DNA of 64,000 nt. It comes from Candidatus Eiseniibacteriota bacterium. Its GTDB lineage: Bacteria; Acidobacteriota; Terriglobia; Acidiferrales; UBA7541. A model generated the notes under the pieces. The model was not told where the DNA came from, did not search any database, and was given only the letters and a program-made list of their open reading frames with translations. The position numbers and the translations under genes are program-made. The stretch spans positions 4,227 through 68,226 of the forward strand of contig DATMZI010000096.1 in assembly GCA_035607085.1 (NCBI GenBank), read 5' to 3'. Shown one piece after another: positions 1 to 9,021 of the stretch (within the stretch, counting starts at the first letter, position 1; each line of letters starts with the position of its first letter).

Positions 1-1
1 G

Positions 2-1123
2 AAGGGCCCCGCGCGCGGCCAGGTTGTCGGCATCGGCATTCAGAAACTGGAGGACTTGAAACAATACTCGGGCAAACTCAAGGGAGCGATCATCCTGCTC
101 GATCGTCCCGGCGAAACCGAGCCACCCTCCAATCCCATGCTGACTCCATTTGCGGAAAGCAATTTGCCACTCGATCATCCGAAGAATATGGCGCTGCAGG
201 ATTTCCGCGGCCGCTTCCGCCTGCTGCAGGACGAAGTGAAGTTCCTGAAAGAGGAAGGCGCCGCCGCCGTCCTCATCGCTTCTGAAAAATGGTTCGGCAT
301 GATGAATATGGGCACCGGAATGTCCCGCCAATACCAGCCGGGTGTTCTCCCTTGCGCCTACATGGCGCGGGAAAGTGCCGCGCTGCTCTGGCGGCTGCTC
401 GATGCTGGTCCGGTCGAGGCCGAAGTGAACATCGAGGGCACACTCACCGGCAAGCCCGTGACCGTGTACAACACCGTTGCCGAAATCAGGGGCACGGAAA
501 AGCCCGATGAAGTCGTCATCATCGGCGGCCATCTCGATTCCTGGGATCTTGGCACCGGCGCCACCGACAACGGCACGGGCTCGATGGCCGTGCTTGCCGC
601 CGCCCGCGCACTCGTGAAATCGGGCGTCAAACCCAAGCGCACCATCCGTTTCATCCTCTTCACAGGTGAAGAGCAGGGCCTCAACGGCTCCCGCGCTTAC
701 GTCACCGCGCACCAGGACGAAATGAGCAAAATTTCCGGCGTCCTCGTCCACGACACCGGCACCGGCAAAGTTCTCACTATCGGCCTGATGCACAACTACG
801 CCGCTCGCGAAACTCTGGACCGTGTCCTCTACCCGCTCGCGAAAGAAAAATCTATCGGCCTTGCCGAGCCCAGCCTGCGCAGCGAAGGTGGCAGCGACCA
901 CGTTCCTTTTGACGGCGCCGGCGTCCCCGCTTCGTGGTGCATCCAGGAAGTGGCCAACTACGAAAAAGACCACCATTCGCAAGCCGACACCCTCGATCGG
1001 GTCAAGTGGGACGACCTCGCTGAAGGTGCGCAAGTGCTCGCCGTTTACGCGTACAACGTGGCGCAGCTTCCTGAGATGTTGGCGCGCAAGCCGGCCAAGC
1101 CAGCTTCTGCCGAGAACCGCTGA
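2..1123 (+). CDS. M28 family metallopeptidase (carboxypeptidase Q-like), 5' end truncated by the window
   Basis: Frame is open from position 2. Motifs [27 protein letters not shown] and DHHSQADT are typical of M28. Confidence 0.9.
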   Translation, partial: KGPARGQVVGIGIQKLEDLKQYSGKLKGAIILLDRPGETEPPSNPMLTPFAESNLPLDHPKNMALQDFRGRFRLLQDEVKFLKEEGAAAVLIASEKWFGMMNMGTGMSRQYQPGVLPCAYMARESAALLWRLLDAGPVEAEVNIEGTLTGKPVTVYNTVAEIRGTEKPDEVVIIGGHLDSWDLGTGATDNGTGSMAVLAAARALVKSGVKPKRTIRFILFTGEEQGLNGSRAYVTAHQDEMSKISGVLVHDTGTGKVLTIGLMHNYAARETLDRVLYPLAKEKSIGLAEPSLRSEGGSDHVPFDGAGVPASWCIQEVANYEKDHHSQADTLDRVKWDDLAEGAQVLAVYAYNVAQLPEMLARKPAKPASAENR

Positions 1124-1197
1124 AACCAGAAGCAAACTCTGTCACCGCAGGATCTCGTAAGCTTCATGTAGCGTCTGCAGAGTCGAGGACGCAGCCT

Positions 1198-1647
1198 ATG
1201 CGAGCCGTAATCCAACGCGTCAGCCAGGCGAAAGTCACCGTCAACTCGGCCGTTGCCGGCGAAATCTCGCACGGCCTAATGATCCTTCTCGGCGTCGGGC
1301 GCGAAGACACTCCTGCTGTCGCCGCAGCGCTCGCCGAAAAAGCCGCCAACCTTCGCATCTTCGAGGACAAAAACGGGAAAATGAATCTCTCGCTGCTCGA
1401 TGTGAAAGGCGCCACGCTGGTCGTCTCACAATTCACATTGTATGGCGATGCACGCGGCGGACGCCGCCCCAGCTTCATCGCTGCGGCTCCTCCGGAGCAG
1501 GCCAAAGCACTTTACGAGTCTTTTTGCGAGGCGTTGCGAAACCTCGGTGTCACTGTCGCCACCGGAATATTTCAGGTAATGATGTCCGTGGAGTTGGTGA
1601 ACGAAGGCCCCGTCACCATCCTCCTCGACTCCGAAAAGAGTTTTTGA
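1198..1647 (+). CDS. dtd: D-aminoacyl-tRNA deacylase
   Basis: [24 protein letters not shown] and NEGPVTI motifs. Confidence 0.97.
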   Translation: MRAVIQRVSQAKVTVNSAVAGEISHGLMILLGVGREDTPAVAAALAEKAANLRIFEDKNGKMNLSLLDVKGATLVVSQFTLYGDARGGRRPSFIAAAPPEQAKALYESFCEALRNLGVTVATGIFQVMMSVELVNEGPVTILLDSEKSF

Positions 1648-1997
1648 TCCGTATGTCCAGGCGCATCTGTCTGCCGCAATCGGCCCGGCGATACCTCGCG
1701 TCGCCATCCCAAGCAAATCTGCCTGCTGCAGACGCAGCTCCTGGCGCACATCCATGCCGATGTGCTTATTGCTATCCATTAGGGGCGTTCTTTCTGAAGT
1801 CTACGTGCAGGGTCTGGAATCCTAAAGGCTTTCTCGGTCGTTGACTCTAGCGCAGCGCGACCTGAGAACTTTGGCGATGGCGAGATAACTGCGACACCGC
1901 TTCCTTGAGACACAGCGAGGATCCCTCCTGATCCTTGCTCCGTTCTGCTAAACTTCTTCGGAGCTTTTCCGAGACTCGCCCGAAACTCCCCATTTGC

Positions 1998-2450
1998 ATG
2001 GCTGCCCTAGCCTCCAATCTCACCATTCGCAGAGCACGGCTCACGGACGCTCCCGCGGTCGCAGAACTCAGCGGACAGTTGGGCTATCCGGCGCAGCCAG
2101 ATGAAATGGCCGCGCGCCTTGCTCACTTGATCCGCCATCCGCGTTTCGGGAGCGTTCTGATTGCCGAAGCTCCCGAGGGCCAGGTGATCGGGTGGATGCA
2201 TGTCAGCGTTACGCCGCTCCTGGAAGCTCCCCTGCGCGCGGAAGTGAACGGCCTGATTGTCGGCGAAGGGCAGCGCAGCAGCGGCGCCGGCGCCAAACTT
2301 CTGCAAGCCGCCGAGGCGTGGGCCAGATCCAAAGGCTGCGCGAGTATGTCAGTTCGTTCCAACGTCTTACGCGACCGCGCGCATGCCTTCTATCTCCGTA
2401 ACGGCTACGAACACTACAAAACCCAGAAAGCTTTCCGCAAAGCGTTGTAA
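1998..2450 (+). CDS. GNAT family N-acetyltransferase
   Basis: Acetyl-CoA motif (LIVGEGQRSSGAGAKLL) and N..R..AHAFYLRNGY. Start moved to ATG 1998. Confidence 0.88.
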   Translation: MAALASNLTIRRARLTDAPAVAELSGQLGYPAQPDEMAARLAHLIRHPRFGSVLIAEAPEGQVIGWMHVSVTPLLEAPLRAEVNGLIVGEGQRSSGAGAKLLQAAEAWARSKGCASMSVRSNVLRDRAHAFYLRNGYEHYKTQKAFRKAL

Positions 2451-2488
2451 CCGGCAGGCGAAGCCTGTTCCCACTGGAATTAGGCTCT

Positions 2489-2518
2489 TTAGCAAATCCT
2501 ATCGCTCTACGATATAAT
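2489..2518 (+). promoter_or_regulatory. sigma70-like promoter of the marR-clc operon (probably leaderless)
   Basis: TTAGCA-N18-TATAAT; ATG 6 nt downstream; no SD. Confidence 0.5.
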
Positions 2519-2524
2519 AGTCTT

Positions 2525-2944
2525 ATGAAGCGCATCAGTCCCTCCGAATATCAGGCTATGGCCGAACTCCGCTTCCGGATCCGTCTTTTCCTCCGCGAAG
2601 GCGACGCAGCCGCCCGGTCCGCAGGACTCGAGCCGCAGCAATACTTGCTGCTCCTCGCCATCCGTGGTCTTCCGGAAGGTTCCTCGGCGAAAATCCAGGC
2701 CCTGGCCGACAGCCTGCTCATCCGTCATCACAGCGCTGTCGAGTTGGTGGACCGTCTGGAAAAAAATGGCTACGTAAGGCGCAACCGTGGCAAGGAAGAT
2801 CGCCGCGAAGTTCTGGTTTCGCTTCTTCCCAAGGGCCAGCGCGTCCTTGATCGCGTCATACAGCAGCGCATCAGTGAACTGCGCAGCGGCGGCCGCCAGC
2901 TCATCCGCGCCTTGGACGCCGTGCTCAGCAACGGCAAACGCTGA
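2525..2944 (+). CDS. MarR family transcriptional regulator
   Basis: wHTH pattern HHSAVELVDRLEKNGYVRR..EDRREVLVSLLPKG. Confidence 0.92.
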   Translation: MKRISPSEYQAMAELRFRIRLFLREGDAAARSAGLEPQQYLLLLAIRGLPEGSSAKIQALADSLLIRHHSAVELVDRLEKNGYVRRNRGKEDRREVLVSLLPKGQRVLDRVIQQRISELRSGGRQLIRALDAVLSNGKR

Positions 2945-3015
2945 ACGGGATTACGCAGCCAAATCCTTCAACAAACGCCGGTTGCCCGCCGGGGCTTACA
3001 AGGAGAAACGAGTTC

Positions 3016-4911
3016 GTGCCGACAAAACTGTCAAGAAGAGAAACTTCCCCGAACCATTCCTCCAGCCCTTCCTGGGAAACCCTCGGTGACTTCACCACGA
3101 CGTTGCGCGTGCTGCCCATCTCGGGTTTGGCTATCCTGATTGGCGCTGTCTGCGCATTTGTCGCACTGGCCCTGCTGCGCCTGATTGGACTCTTCACCAA
3201 CCTCTTCTATTACGGTCGCTGGAGCTCCGCGATGGTTTCGCCCGTTGGCAATCATCTCGGCTGGTTCAGCGTGCTGATTCCCGTGGCCGGAGCTCTGATC
3301 ATCGGAGTCATGGCGCGCTACGGTTCGGAACGAATTCGTGGCCACGGCATTCCCGAAGCCATCGAAGCGATTTTGATGAACGGCAGCCGCGTCGAACCCA
3401 AAGTGGCGTTGCTCAAGCCGATTTCCTCCGCGATCTCCATCGGTTCGGGCGGCCCGTTCGGCGCCGAAGGTCCGATCATCATGACCGGCGGCGCGTTCGG
3501 TTCAATGATCGCGCAGCTGTTCCATCTCACTGCTGCTGAGCGAAAAACCCTGCTCGTTGCGGGAGCCGCAGGCGGAATGTCGGCTACTTTCGCTTCGCCT
3601 GTCGCCGCCGTGCTCCTTGCCGTGGAACTTCTACTGTTTGAATGGAAACCGCGAAGCTTGATTCCCGTCGCGCTGGCCAGCGCGGTTGCTGCCGTCTTGC
3701 GCCGCTACCTCCTCGGCTTCGGACCACTCTTCCCAGTTCCCGAACATCCTTTGTTCATCGGACCAAAAGCATTAATGGCATGCGTTCTCGTCGGACTCCT
3801 GGCGGGCGCGCTCTCCGCTCTGCTGACGCTTTCCGTTTACGCCGCGGAAGATTTCTTTCAGCGGATTCCCATTCACTGGATGTGGTGGCCCGCTATTGGC
3901 GGCCTGGCTATCGGTTTAGGCGGTTTGATTTTTCCGCAAGCGCTCGGCGTCGGTTACGACACCATCGGAAATTTGCTGCAAGGCAGCGTCACGACAAAGG
4001 TCATTCTCGGTGTTCTGCTCGTCAAATGGTTCATCTGGGCGGTTTCGCTCGGCTCGGGAACGTCGGGCGGCGTCCTCGCGCCCTTGCTGATGATGGGTGG
4101 CGCGCTCGGGGGCCTGGAAGCTATGTTTCTTCCCAACGAAGGCGCAGGATTTTGGCCGCTGGTCAGCATGGGCGCCATTCTTGGCGGCACCATGCGATCG
4201 CCGTTTACCAGCATCATTTTTGCCTTTGAATTGACACACGATGCCAATGTATTTCTGCCATTACTGGTGGGCAGTGTCGTCGCTCATGCTTTCACGGTGC
4301 TGACACTGAAGCGTTCCATCCTTACGGAAAAGGTCGCTCGCCGCGGCTACCATGTTAGTCGTGAATACTCCATCGACCCACTCGAGCTTCTCTTCGCTCG
4401 TGAAGTCATGCGCACCAAAATTGCCGCGCTATCCGCGACCAGCACCCTGCGCGAAGTGCAACGCTGGCTTCGTGCTGACCACCGGCAGAAGCAGCGCTTG
4501 CTGCCGGTGGTAGACGGCGACGGCCGTCTCGCAGGCGTCGTCACCCGCGGCGCCATTCGCGAACAGATCGAACTCGGAGGCGAATCATCGCTTAACAAGT
4601 GTCTGTCTGAGCTCGCGCAATCCTCCTTCGTGGCCGCATATCCCGATGAGCCGCTGCGCATCGTGGTACATCGCATGGCAGAAAAAGGAATTACTCGTCT
4701 ACCCGTCATCGAACGCGATTCCCGCAAGCTCCTGGGGCTGCTTTCCCTTGACGATCTGCTAAAAGCCAGATCCCGTCACCTCGAAGAAGAGCGTCATCGC
4801 GAGCAGACGCTGCGTTTCCCCTTTTCCGGTGGCGGCACATCAGCCGATTCCGGCGGCACGATCGCAACCGTACAATCTGGCAGTTCGGAGAGTCTGCTGC
4901 AGAAAGTCTGA
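3016..4911 (+). CDS. ClC/EriC chloride channel-H+ antiporter with C-terminal CBS pair
   Basis: GHGIPE, GxEGP (GAEGP) and GSGTSGG motifs, many TM helices, CBS domains; SD AAGGAG upstream. Confidence 0.93.
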   Translation: MPTKLSRRETSPNHSSSPSWETLGDFTTTLRVLPISGLAILIGAVCAFVALALLRLIGLFTNLFYYGRWSSAMVSPVGNHLGWFSVLIPVAGALIIGVMARYGSERIRGHGIPEAIEAILMNGSRVEPKVALLKPISSAISIGSGGPFGAEGPIIMTGGAFGSMIAQLFHLTAAERKTLLVAGAAGGMSATFASPVAAVLLAVELLLFEWKPRSLIPVALASAVAAVLRRYLLGFGPLFPVPEHPLFIGPKALMACVLVGLLAGALSALLTLSVYAAEDFFQRIPIHWMWWPAIGGLAIGLGGLIFPQALGVGYDTIGNLLQGSVTTKVILGVLLVKWFIWAVSLGSGTSGGVLAPLLMMGGALGGLEAMFLPNEGAGFWPLVSMGAILGGTMRSPFTSIIFAFELTHDANVFLPLLVGSVVAHAFTVLTLKRSILTEKVARRGYHVSREYSIDPLELLFAREVMRTKIAALSATSTLREVQRWLRADHRQKQRLLPVVDGDGRLAGVVTRGAIREQIELGGESSLNKCLSELAQSSFVAAYPDEPLRIVVHRMAEKGITRLPVIERDSRKLLGLLSLDDLLKARSRHLEEERHREQTLRFPFSGGGTSADSGGTIATVQSGSSESLLQKV

Positions 4912-5237
4912 GCATGGCCACAACTCCGGCGAAGAGGATTTGGCAATTGCGGAGTTAACGCTTTTCGCGGGTTTCTCTCCGGGGGCGAAGATCAAATCTT
5001 GCCTATTTTACGAAGTTTTGGCGGAAGTTTTGGCGCATCAGGACGGCATTCCGTTGCCGTTGCCCTAACCGCGCACCGCGGAAGGCAATCGGCAGGTTTT
5101 GCGCGCGATGAGTCCTGCCGCGGAAGTTCTGCGGGCCAACCAGAAACTAAGCCAAGCGCTACGGACGATCGAGGCGAGCGACCTTCCTTAGGATCACCAT
5201 CTCAGAACGACAGCGGTCGTGCTAGATTCTAGCGGCG

Positions 5238-7859
5238 ATGCGTCTCGCCTCCCTTCGCCCGATCCAACTGAGTTTTGCCGACACAGACTGCAGTCTGCGC
5301 GTGGTGTTCGCGAAATCCTATGGTTTTTATTCGCCGAAGTATTTCCTGCACCGGGTATTTTGCTGGATTACTCTGCTGTTCCTGAGCGTGCCGCTAGCTT
5401 CCCTTAGCGCAAAAGCCGAAACCGGCCGCGAGGGCTGGTTGCGCTACAAAGCTAAGAGCGCGGCGGAGAAGCAACCGTACATATCCTTGCCAAAGGACAT
5501 CGTGGTGGTGGGCGATTCGCCTGTGTTGATTTCCGCGCGACAGGAATTGATTCGCGGTCTCACGTCGATGCTGGGTGTCAAATTCCGCATAACGGACGAG
5601 ATGCCGCGCGGCGCGATCTTCCTGGGACGCAGCTGGTCGATGAACAAATTGCTGCCCGATTTCCAGCCACGAGCGGATGTTTCCGAGGAGGGCTTTTGGT
5701 TGAACGCGCGAGAGACTCACGGCGAACCGCGCATCACGATTGTGGGTGGGAGCGACCGTGGTGTGCTGTATGGCGTGTTTGCGTTGCTCGGCAAGATTGA
5801 GCGCGGGGAAGATATTTCCGCGCTCGATGAAGTAGAGAATCCCCGCGCAAAGGTTCGCTGGGTCGACCAGTGGGACAACCTGGATGGCACGATTGAACGA
5901 GGCTATGCGGGCGCATCGATCTTTTTCGAAGGCGGGAAAGTGCGCGCGGACTTGACGCGAGCGTCGGATTACGGGCGGCTGCTCGCTTCGGTTGGCATCA
6001 ACGGCTGCAACGTGAACAATGTCAATGCGAACCCGCGAACCTTGCAAAGCGATTTCCTGCTGCAGGTTGCACGAATAGCAGGTGCGTTTCGGCCGTGGGG
6101 AGTGCGGCTTTCGCTTTCGGTGGATTTGAGCAGTCCGAAAACGATCGGTGGACTCGATACGTTTGATCCGCTCGATCCAAGGGTTGCAGCGTGGTGGAGC
6201 GCCAAAGCCGATGAAATTTACGGGCTAATTCCAGACTTTGGCGGATTTACGGTGAAAGCCGACTCCGAGGGGCGGGTAGGACCTTCCTCCTACGGAAGAA
6301 CACCTGCCGATGCGGCGAATGCAGTTGCGCTTTCGCTCGCGCCTCATGGCGGAGTCCTTTTTTACCGTGCGTTTGTGTACAACCGCAATCTGGATTGGCG
6401 CGATCCGAAAGCGGACCGCGCGCGAGCCGCGTACGACATCTTTCATCCGCTGGACGGAAAATTCGACGACAACGTCATCATTCAGATCAAGCATGGACCG
6501 GTTGATTTTCAAGCGCGCGAGCCGGTTTCGCCCCTGTTCAGCGGCCTGGAAAAAACAAACGAGGCCATCGAGCTGCAAGTCACGCAGGAATACACCGGCC
6601 AGCAGCGGCACTTGGTATACCTCGCGCCGATGTGGAAAGAGGTCCTCGATTTCGATTTGCGCGCGGGTGCCGACAAGACCCCTGTGAAAGATATGGTTTC
6701 CGGGAAAGTATTTCGTCGCCCCTTCGGTGGATATGTCGCTGTTGTGAATGTTGGAATGGATGAGAACTGGCTGGCGCATCCGTTTGCAATGGCGAATTTG
6801 TACGCCTACGGCCGGCTGGCTTGGAACCCGGATTTGAGTCCAGGTGAAATGTGCGAAGCGTGGGCGCGGCTTACCTTCGGAAATGATCCCACCGTTGTGA
6901 AAACCGTCAGCGAGAGTGCGATGAAATCGTGGCGCACTTATGAAAATTACACGGGGTTTCTGGGAACGCAGACGCTAACGGACATTACTGGCAGCCACTA
7001 TGGGCCGAATATCGAAAGCTCGGAGGAGAACGGTTGGGGGCAGTGGCACCGCGCAGACCACGTGGGGATCGGGATGGATCGGAGCGCAGCGACGGGAACG
7101 GGATTTGCGGGGCAATATCAGCCGGGTATCGCGAAGATGTACGAGTCGGTGGCCACGACTCCGGATGAGCTGATGCTGTTCTTTCATCATGTTCCGTACG
7201 CAACGAAACTGCATTCGGGAAAGACAGTGATTCAGTATGTCTACGATTCTCATTACGAGGGCGCAAACGAAGTTGCGGAGTCTGTGCGCGATTGGAAAAC
7301 GCTGAAAGGAAAGATTGACGATCAGCGATATAGCGATGTGCTTTCCCGGTTGGAGTATCAGGCGGGCCATGCAATCGTCTGGCGCGACGCCATTTGCAAT
7401 TATTTTTTGCGGCTCTCGGGAATTCCTGATGCGAAGGGCCGCGCGGGAAGTTTTCCGAACCGAATTGAAGCAGAGAATATGGCGCTGAGCGGATATGTTC
7501 CGGTAGAGGTGACGCCGTGGGAGAACGCCTCTGGCGGGAAGGCAATCGAGTGTTCTGATGCGAAAGGCTGCTCGGCGTCGTTTCGGGTTTCCGGTGAACC
7601 CGGAAAATACGAAATCGACGTGCAGTATTTCGACCAGAACAATGGCAAGTCACGGTTTCGCGTTTTGGTGAACAATAACAAAGTGGATGAGTGGGCGGCG
7701 GAGGATTGCTTGCCCGCGAAGAAGATTGGCGGCGACTCGTCTACGCGACGGCGAATTTATGAGCTGCCATTGCAACCTGGGGACGAGATCCGGCTCGAAG
7801 GAGTCCCGGACGGCCAGGAGAAGGCAGGACTTGACTACGTCGAAATCTTCCCCAAATGA
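5238..7859 (+). CDS. aguA: GH67 alpha-glucuronidase with C-terminal CBM-like beta-sandwich (start uncertain)
   Basis: GH67 motifs WDNLDGTIERGY, KADSEG, YRAFVY, QIKHGPVDFQAREP, ELQVTQEYTGQ and GIGMDRS; signal-like hydrophobic N-region. Confidence 0.92.
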   Translation: MRLASLRPIQLSFADTDCSLRVVFAKSYGFYSPKYFLHRVFCWITLLFLSVPLASLSAKAETGREGWLRYKAKSAAEKQPYISLPKDIVVVGDSPVLISARQELIRGLTSMLGVKFRITDEMPRGAIFLGRSWSMNKLLPDFQPRADVSEEGFWLNARETHGEPRITIVGGSDRGVLYGVFALLGKIERGEDISALDEVENPRAKVRWVDQWDNLDGTIERGYAGASIFFEGGKVRADLTRASDYGRLLASVGINGCNVNNVNANPRTLQSDFLLQVARIAGAFRPWGVRLSLSVDLSSPKTIGGLDTFDPLDPRVAAWWSAKADEIYGLIPDFGGFTVKADSEGRVGPSSYGRTPADAANAVALSLAPHGGVLFYRAFVYNRNLDWRDPKADRARAAYDIFHPLDGKFDDNVIIQIKHGPVDFQAREPVSPLFSGLEKTNEAIELQVTQEYTGQQRHLVYLAPMWKEVLDFDLRAGADKTPVKDMVSGKVFRRPFGGYVAVVNVGMDENWLAHPFAMANLYAYGRLAWNPDLSPGEMCEAWARLTFGNDPTVVKTVSESAMKSWRTYENYTGFLGTQTLTDITGSHYGPNIESSEENGWGQWHRADHVGIGMDRSAATGTGFAGQYQPGIAKMYESVATTPDELMLFFHHVPYATKLHSGKTVIQYVYDSHYEGANEVAESVRDWKTLKGKIDDQRYSDVLSRLEYQAGHAIVWRDAICNYFLRLSGIPDAKGRAGSFPNRIEAENMALSGYVPVEVTPWENASGGKAIECSDAKGCSASFRVSGEPGKYEIDVQYFDQNNGKSRFRVLVNNNKVDEWAAEDCLPAKKIGGDSSTRRRIYELPLQPGDEIRLEGVPDGQEKAGLDYVEIFPK

Positions 7860-7901
7860 AGACTGGAACCAACGCGCCCCTCCCTCCTCTTATCGTGAGT
7901 C

Positions 7902-8770
7902 GTGGACGAGCAGGGACATTTGGCCGCGGTGCACAGCGCGTTTTACTCCCCGCACATGACCGATCCATGGCCGATGGGAGCGTTGCTGGCGGGAATGCCG
8001 AGCGCGACGTCGAAACCGGCGGGCTTTGTGGCTACGGAGTGGCCATACCACAAGATTCAGCGACCGGGGGAGGCGTTTGGGATGCCGAATGTGGGAGGGG
8101 AGGCGGCGTCGGGCGGCCTGCGCGGAAACATCATGCGGGCTCCGGGGCAGCGGCAGCAGGGTTTTGCGCTCGAAAGGTTCCTGAATGAAGCAGCGGCCGC
8201 GGCCGGGATGGATCCGATTGAATTCCGGATTGCGCACACCACGGATTAAAGGCTGATCGATATTTTGCAGGCGACGGCGAAGGCGGCGCGGTGGGAAGCA
8301 CGCCGAAGGAACTGACTGGGCGAGGCGTGTGCTTCCATCGTGCGGTCCAATGCGTACTCGGTGGGCATTGCGGAAGCAACGGTGGCACCGGCGACCGGTG
8401 CGGGTGACAAAATTCACGATTGGGTGTGAACACGGGAAAATCATCAATCCGCGGCAACTGGAGCGGTGTATGAAGAGCGGGGTGGTGATGGGATTGAGCG
8501 AGGCGCCGAAGGAAGAGGTTACATTTGATCGATCGAAAGTGAGGAGCACCAATTGGAGCCGCTACAAAATTTTGATGATGGAAGAGAAGCCGGAGATTCA
8601 ACTGGTAACGATTTCGCGGGACGATAAGGGATTCGTCGGCGGGTCCGAGGCGGCGAATGCAGTTGTGCCGGGCGGCAGTGGCTGCAGCATCGTTTGAAGC
8701 GACCGGAGTGTGGGCGCGCAGGATACCGCTGACGGCGGGGTATGTGAAGGAGTTGCTGCAGAATGGCTGA
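7902..8770 (+). pseudogene. Degraded 3' fragment of a xanthine dehydrogenase/IorB-like molybdopterin oxidoreductase subunit
   Basis: Pieces MRAPG..Q.GFALERFLNE.A..AGMDPIEFR, TAA stop at 8247, RLIDILQATAKAARWE, then frameshifted VRVTKF..EHGKIINP..GVVMGLSEA..EEVTFD and ..FEATGVWARRIPLT. N-terminal part is missing. Confidence 0.85.
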
Positions 8771-8775
8771 GATGG

Positions 8776-8874
8776 TTACTGGCGGTTGATCCAGCGGCGG
8801 AATACGAAAACCAGGAGGCCGATGCCGAGGATTAGGCCGGCTACGGTGAGTTCGAATTCCATGTAGTAGGACAT
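8776..8874 (-). CDS. Small single-pass membrane protein (32 aa, not in ORF track)
   Basis: Hand translation MSYYMEFELTVAGLILGIGLLVFVFRRWINRQ: one hydrophobic helix followed by RR..R; host-like C-ending codons. Confidence 0.55.
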   Translation of the reverse strand: MSYYMEFELTVAGLILGIGLLVFVFRRWINRQ

Positions 8875-9021
8875 TGGAAGTTTGCCTAGAGGTCTTCAGG
8901 CTAAAACCATTTTTCTTGTGCGGCGTTTGCGCGGCGCTGACACCCCCGCATCCTGAAAACTTTGACGATACCATGCAGCTGGATTCGCATTTCAGCCGAA
9001 CGTGGCCGCTACAAACGCAGG

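Noticed and set aside
1650-1935. Short minus-strand ORFs between dtd and the GNAT gene (including an AGGAGG-preceded 44-codon GTG ORF)
   Set aside because: No recognisable motif and cannot be distinguished from chance without a conservation search.
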